DNA of 64,000 nucleotides from Candidatus Omnitrophota bacterium (GTDB lineage Bacteria > Omnitrophota > Gorgyraeia > Zapsychrales > Zapsychraceae). Numbering within the stretch: the stretch's first letter is position 1; each line of letters opens with the position of its first letter. The stretch covers positions 175,168 through 239,167 of the forward strand of contig JAJDCB010000011.1 in the NCBI GenBank assembly GCA_029261065.1, written 5' to 3'. Under the pieces are notes generated by a model. It did no database searches. It was not told where the DNA came from and worked only from the letters and a program-made list of their open reading frames with translations. The position numbers and the translations under genes are program-made. Below, piece after piece: positions 59,030-64,000 of the stretch.

Positions 59030-60166
59030 ATGAAAAAAGATTATTACGACATTCTGGGCGTTCCAAAAGAATCAAACCTTCAACAGGTAAAAAAAGCTTA
59101 TCGTTCTTTAGCGTTAAAACATCACCCTGATCGCGTTGAAGAATCAAAAAAAGCAGAATCAGAAGAAACGTTTAAAGAAATATCGGAGGCGTACGGGGTT
59201 TTATCTGATCCTAAAAAGCGTCAAATGTATGATCAATATGGTCATGCAGGTATAGATCAAAACTTTACCTCTGATGATATCTTTAAAGGGGCTGATTTTA
59301 GCAGTGTTTTTGGAGACTCCGGTTTAGGTGATATCTTTGGTTCTTTTTTTGGTGGTGGTGCCTCCGACATTTTTGGTGGAGGCGGTTCTCAAAGAAAGCA
59401 ACGAGGCCGTGATATTCAATACGAAGTTGATATTAAGCTTTCAGATGCATTCACGGGTGTTGAGAAAAAGATTAAAGTTCCTCGCAATGAATTCTGTAAG
59501 AAATGTGATGGAAGCGGGGCAAAGCCTGGCAGTAAATCAAAAACATGCACCACCTGTGGGGGCCAAGGGCAAGTCATTATGCAGAGTGGATTTTTTAGAA
59601 TGCAACAAGCATGTTCGGAGTGTTCGGGCTCAGGAAAAATCATTACCGAATATTGTCCCCAATGTCATGGAAGAGGACAAGAGCGTGTTACGCGCAATAT
59701 TGATGTGAATATTCCAGCAGGCGTTGATGATAGTTCAAGGCTTAGGGTTCGTAATGAAGGAGAAGTGGGTGCCGCCGGACCAGGTGATCTCTACATTTAT
59801 ATCCATGTCCTTCCACACGATACGTTTCAGAGGGATCATAACGATCTACATATGCAATTACCTGTCAGTTTTGTGAAAGCTGCTTTGGGAGGAGAGGTTT
59901 CGATTCCAACATTAAACGGTAACGTTTCGATGAAGATTCCATCAGGAACACAAAGTGGAAAGTTATTTCGATTAAAAAGTAAGGGGATGCCAGACTTAAG
60001 AGCAGGAGCAAAAGGGGATCTCTACGTAAGAGTTATGCTATCTGTACCAAAGAAGTTATCAACCCCGCAGAAAAAACTATTAGAAGATTTCGCTAAATTA
60101 AGCGGTGAAGAAGTGGGGCATGTAGGAGATTCTATTAAGGAAAAAATCAAGAAAGTATTTAAGTAG
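59030..60166 (+). CDS. dnaJ: Chaperone DnaJ
   Basis: J domain HPD, G/F-rich region, four CxxCxGxG motifs. Confidence 0.97.
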   Translation: MKKDYYDILGVPKESNLQQVKKAYRSLALKHHPDRVEESKKAESEETFKEISEAYGVLSDPKKRQMYDQYGHAGIDQNFTSDDIFKGADFSSVFGDSGLGDIFGSFFGGGASDIFGGGGSQRKQRGRDIQYEVDIKLSDAFTGVEKKIKVPRNEFCKKCDGSGAKPGSKSKTCTTCGGQGQVIMQSGFFRMQQACSECSGSGKIITEYCPQCHGRGQERVTRNIDVNIPAGVDDSSRLRVRNEGEVGAAGPGDLYIYIHVLPHDTFQRDHNDLHMQLPVSFVKAALGGEVSIPTLNGNVSMKIPSGTQSGKLFRLKSKGMPDLRAGAKGDLYVRVMLSVPKKLSTPQKKLLEDFAKLSGEEVGHVGDSIKEKIKKVFK

Positions 60167-60199
60167 ACGTTATAAAAATTTTTAATTTTAGGATACAAA

Positions 60200-60502
60200 A
60201 TGCCAACATATACATACGAATGCGATGCCTGCGGACATAGTTTTGATCATCTTCAATCTATGTTAGATAAAAGGCTTAAAAAATGTCCTGTGTGTAGTAA
60301 AAATAAGCTTGTAAGGCTTATCGGGGCTGGTTCTGGTGTCATTTTTAAAGGAACGGGGTTTTACGAAACAGATTATAAGAAGAAGTCGGAAAGTAGCCAA
60401 GCAGAAAAAGGGTCCAAAAAGCAGGGCGCGTCTTCAAGTAATCCTGGAAAAAAGAAAGATTCGACCAAAAAGGCTGCAAGTAAACCAGCTGCAAAAGAGT
60501 AG
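60200..60502 (+). CDS. FmdB-family zinc-ribbon protein
   Basis: MPTYTYECDACGH, CPVC, FKGTGFYETDY. Confidence 0.92.
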   Translation: MPTYTYECDACGHSFDHLQSMLDKRLKKCPVCSKNKLVRLIGAGSGVIFKGTGFYETDYKKKSESSQAEKGSKKQGASSSNPGKKKDSTKKAASKPAAKE

Positions 60503-60547
60503 TCTGCAAGTTTGGCAAGTGGTCAATAAGGTCAAGTAGCCATAAGA

Positions 60548-60925
60548 ATGCGAATTGACAATTTTCTTAGATTTTGGTTTCCAGTTTTGGCTTATTCTGG
60601 TATTATCTTTTATATGTCTTCCCTGCCTAATTTAAAGGCAGGTGGAGAAATTGTTCATTTAGATAAAGTTTTGCATACTTTCGAGTATATGCCTTTTGGC
60701 TATTTAATGGCAAGGGCTTTTGATCGTGCTTTAACTGTGAAATTAAGACATTTCATTGTTTTATATGCCTTTCTTGGCTCTTTAGCCTATGGAATCAGTG
60801 ATGAGTATCATCAATCTTTTGTGATGGGAAGATCAGCTGATGCAATTGATGCTGTTTTCGACACCTTTGGTGGCTTGTTGGGGGCGGTTATCTATGTATG
60901 TTTAACAAAAACTATTAAAGAATAG
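60548..60925 (+). CDS. VanZ-family membrane protein
   Basis: DKVLH..EY, YGISDEYHQSFV.GR. Confidence 0.9.
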   Translation: MRIDNFLRFWFPVLAYSGIIFYMSSLPNLKAGGEIVHLDKVLHTFEYMPFGYLMARAFDRALTVKLRHFIVLYAFLGSLAYGISDEYHQSFVMGRSADAIDAVFDTFGGLLGAVIYVCLTKTIKE

Positions 60926-60934
60926 GAACTTATT

Positions 60935-62197
60935 GTGTCTATAAAGCCGTTTAAAGCAGTTTATTACAATACAAAAAAAGTAGAAGATCTTACCAAGGTT
61001 GTTTCGCCTCCTTACGATGTTATTTCTGAAGAAGAACAATCCTTCCTACATAATTTAAGTTCAAGTAATTTCACACATATTGATTATGGTCGCGATAAAC
61101 CGAATGATGATAAAAATAACAATAAATATACGCGCGCTAAGAAAGTTTTTGAAGAATGGTTAAAGAAAAATATTATGGTTCAAGATGAAGAGCCGTGTGT
61201 TTATTTTTATAAGCAAGAGTATAAAATTCAAGGCCAAAAGCACAGCCGTTTAGGGTTTGTTTCGTTGATGGAGCTTGAAGATGAGGAGGATTCTAAAGTC
61301 CATCCTCATGAGAATACGCATGCTTATGCGGTGGAAGATCGATACAAGCTTCTTAAGTCACTTAATTCTGGTTTAAGCTGTATTTTCGTCTGTTACTCAG
61401 ATAGCCAGAAAAAGGTAGAGAAAATTTTTAATAAAGATGTTTATGTTCAAGATCCTCTTTTAGATGTGGTTGATAAAGATCAGGTGCGTCATAGAATTTG
61501 GAGGATGTCCGATTCTCAGCGTATCAAAGAGATTAAGGATTCATTGTCCAATCAGAATCTTTTTATCGCAGATGGACATCATCGTTATAAAGTAGCCACA
61601 GAATACCGTAAATCACGTTTGGAACGCAAACAAAACTCAGACGGCCAAGAACCATATAATTTCGTAATGACATATTTTACAAACATGGATTCAAAAGATC
61701 TTCAGATTTTTCCTATGCACAGAATTGTCAAGAATTTACCTGTGGAATTAGATTTCTTAGAAGATTTTTTCCGAATTGATAAAGTAAAAGATAAGGAAGA
61801 CTTGATTATATTGTTAGCAAAAGCCGGTAGAAATGAGCATGCTTTTGGTTTATACATGAAAGATGGTATTAAATTACTAAGATTAAAAAATAAAATGTTG
61901 ATTGATGAGCATATCAAAGAAGGCTCAAAAGAGTATAAAAGTTTGGATGCAACTATTTTGAAGTATTTTGTTTTTGATCGGGTCGGGGTTAAATCGGATG
62001 ATATTATTTATACAAAAGATATTCAGGAAGCCACGGGCATGGTTGATGATGGTCAGGCAAGTGCGAGTTTTATTATGAATCCGGTAAAAATTTCGCAACT
62101 TAAGTCTATCGCCTTAAATGGTGAACGCATGCCTCCAAAGACGACATATTTTTATCCGAAAGTTTTGTCTGGTTTGACAGTGTATAAAATGGACTGA
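60935..62197 (+). CDS. DUF1015 family protein
   Basis: PPYDVI, PHENT, IADGHHRY, MPPKTTYFYPK. Confidence 0.92.
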   Translation: MSIKPFKAVYYNTKKVEDLTKVVSPPYDVISEEEQSFLHNLSSSNFTHIDYGRDKPNDDKNNNKYTRAKKVFEEWLKKNIMVQDEEPCVYFYKQEYKIQGQKHSRLGFVSLMELEDEEDSKVHPHENTHAYAVEDRYKLLKSLNSGLSCIFVCYSDSQKKVEKIFNKDVYVQDPLLDVVDKDQVRHRIWRMSDSQRIKEIKDSLSNQNLFIADGHHRYKVATEYRKSRLERKQNSDGQEPYNFVMTYFTNMDSKDLQIFPMHRIVKNLPVELDFLEDFFRIDKVKDKEDLIILLAKAGRNEHAFGLYMKDGIKLLRLKNKMLIDEHIKEGSKEYKSLDATILKYFVFDRVGVKSDDIIYTKDIQEATGMVDDGQASASFIMNPVKISQLKSIALNGERMPPKTTYFYPKVLSGLTVYKMD

Positions 62198-62246
62198 TAG
62201 CCGCCATCACCCATTTAGTCAAAAAGGCGGGAAGAAATTTTACTAA

Positions 62247-62325
62247 TGTCATCTCCGCGTAGGCGGATATCCGAAACAAAAGTTGTATCATTTATTTTTG
62301 GATTGTCCTTGTCGTGGGAATGACA
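62247..62325. repeat. Degenerate REP/dRS3-like pair
   Basis: TGTCATCTCCGCGTAGGCGGATATCC and GGATT...GGGAATGACA. Confidence 0.75.
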
Positions 62326-62356
62326 TTATTTTTTATTTTTGGAGGGTGATGCTTCT

Positions 62357-63235
62357 ATGGCTCTTTTCGGTCGAAAAAAAGATAAGCTTGCAAATAACAA
62401 TAATAAGAAAAAAGAAATGCCCGCAGGGCTTTGGACGAAATGTCCAGAGTGCCAAGCACCTACCTATAAAAAAGAACTCGCCAATAATTTAAACATTTGT
62501 CCAAAATGTGAATTTCATTGCACACTTAACTCTAAAGAGAGAATAGATTTACTTATTGATCACGGGACTTTTCAAGAGATGGATGCTAATCTTTTATCGG
62601 CAGATCCTTTGCAATTTAAAGGTCCTAAGACGTATAAAGAGAAATTAGATGCAGATAGAAGGGCGACAGGTTTGCGCGATGCTGTGATTACGGGGCACGG
62701 TAAATTACAAGGTAAGCGTATTGTTATTGCCGTGACAGACTCAAGGTTTATTATGGGTTCCATGGGATCAGTCGTTGGAGAGAGAATTACACGAGCTATT
62801 GAATATGCAACGGAAAATAAACTTCCTGTTTTGATTGTTTCGGGTTCCGGCGGAGGGGCAAGGATGTATGAGGGGGTGTTTTCTCTCATGCAAATGGCCA
62901 AAACATGTGGGGCTTTATCTAAACATGCGAGAGAAGGTTATTTACATATTTCTTTGCTGACAAATCCAACGATGGCTGGGATTATGGCATCTTTTGCAGG
63001 GGTTGGAGATGTGATTATGGCTGAACCAAAGGCTCTAATAGGGTTTGCTGGACCTCGCGTTATTGAGCAGACGATTCGTCAAAAACTTCCGGAAGGGTTT
63101 CAACGTTCTGAGTTTTTATTAGCACATGGCTTGATTGATATGATTGTGGATCGCAAGGACTTACGAGATAGAATTGGAAATATTATCGAATATACGCATA
63201 TTAATGCCAGCGTTAAAAGGGCTGAGGTTTTTTAG
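62357..63235 (+). CDS. accD: Acetyl-CoA carboxylase carboxyltransferase beta subunit
   Basis: LWTKCPEC..CPKC, GSMGSVVGE, GGARM.EG..SLMQMAK, GFAGPRVIEQT. Confidence 0.95.
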   Translation: MALFGRKKDKLANNNNKKKEMPAGLWTKCPECQAPTYKKELANNLNICPKCEFHCTLNSKERIDLLIDHGTFQEMDANLLSADPLQFKGPKTYKEKLDADRRATGLRDAVITGHGKLQGKRIVIAVTDSRFIMGSMGSVVGERITRAIEYATENKLPVLIVSGSGGGARMYEGVFSLMQMAKTCGALSKHAREGYLHISLLTNPTMAGIMASFAGVGDVIMAEPKALIGFAGPRVIEQTIRQKLPEGFQRSEFLLAHGLIDMIVDRKDLRDRIGNIIEYTHINASVKRAEVF

Positions 63236-63313
63236 GCATCCTATAAGAAATATTCGTTGCAATATCAAGGGTTTGTATATAGAATATGGAACTAATCTTG
63301 AGGGAAAAATAAT

Positions 63314-64000
63314 ATGGCTCAAATCAGTTTAAAAAATATTTCAAAAACCTATACCACCGGCAGTAAAGCTGTAGATAATATCAATTTAGGTATTGAGAAT
63401 AAAGAATTTATGGTCTTAGTTGGGCCTTCTGGATGTGGAAAGTCTACGACGCTACGTATGATTGCTGGCTTGGAAGAAATTTCTGAAGGAACGGTTCACA
63501 TAGGGGATCGTGAGGTTAACAATGTTCCGGCTAAAGACCGTGATATTGCTATGGTTTTTCAGAACTATGCTCTTTATCCGCACATGACAGTAGCTGAGAA
63601 TATGTCGTTTGGTTTGAAGTTAAGAAAATTTCCAAAAAGTGAGATTAATAGACGTGTGAGTGAGGCGACTGAAATTCTTGGTATTAAACATCTCATCAAT
63701 CGTAGGCCTCGCCAATTATCAGGTGGAGAACGTCAGCGGGTCGCTTTAGGGCGTGCGATTGTTCGAAAACCAACTGCCTTTTTATTCGATGAACCTTTAA
63801 GTAATCTAGATGCCAAGATGCGTGTTCAGATGCGTACTGAAATTCATAAATTACGCGTTCGGTTGCAAACAACTTTTATTTATGTCACCCACGATCAAAC
63901 GGAGGCCTTAACGCTTGGTGATCGTATTTGTGTTATGAAGGATGGTAAGATTCAGCAATGTGCTGATCCTATGACCATTTATGATAAGCCTGCCAATAAG
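63314..64000 (+). CDS. Sugar ABC transporter ATP-binding subunit (UgpC/MsmX-like), 3'-truncated
   Basis: [60 protein letters not shown]. Confidence 0.93.
   Translation, partial: MAQISLKNISKTYTTGSKAVDNINLGIENKEFMVLVGPSGCGKSTTLRMIAGLEEISEGTVHIGDREVNNVPAKDRDIAMVFQNYALYPHMTVAENMSFGLKLRKFPKSEINRRVSEATEILGIKHLINRRPRQLSGGERQRVALGRAIVRKPTAFLFDEPLSNLDAKMRVQMRTEIHKLRVRLQTTFIYVTHDQTEALTLGDRICVMKDGKIQQCADPMTIYDKPANK

Overview
AT-rich bacterial chromosomal window, with almost all genes on the + strand. The gene content and fusions suggest a PVC-related lineage such as Ca. Omnitrophota (inference, not verified). Housekeeping blocks: hemW and a polyprenyl synthase; a purine cluster (purB, purC, purS-fused purL, LOG, purQ, purM, purD, purE) running into tsaC-PTP, rpiB, glyA and nrdR; an ECF sigma/anti-sigma cluster with miaA and hflX; and a heat-shock region (MerR/HspR-like, CIRCE, hsp20, clpB; CIRCE, hrcA, grpE, dnaK, dnaJ) followed by accD and a truncated sugar-ABC ATPase. 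The accessory middle (about 19.4-44.5 kb) is the most interesting part. (1) Three REP-separated secreted proteins: two paralogues with a thioester-domain-like Cys/Gln motif pair and an internal signal-peptide-like AxA site, plus an S8 protease. Their variable regions look like mosaics of short motifs from unrelated outer-membrane families (TonB-dependent receptors, cyanobacterial-type porin, DUF4331, IFADGFE tail). (2) A divergent chaperone-usher-like pilus operon facing a two-gene unit led by a c-di-GMP-I-like riboswitch that carries two inserted hairpins. (3) A dRS3/REP-like palindrome family with G-rich codons upstream and C-rich codons downstream of each cluster. The DnaK resembles the Thermoplasmata/Nitrososphaerota type. 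No rRNA, tRNA, CRISPR array or transposase was seen. All family assignments come from motif recognition; no searches were run.
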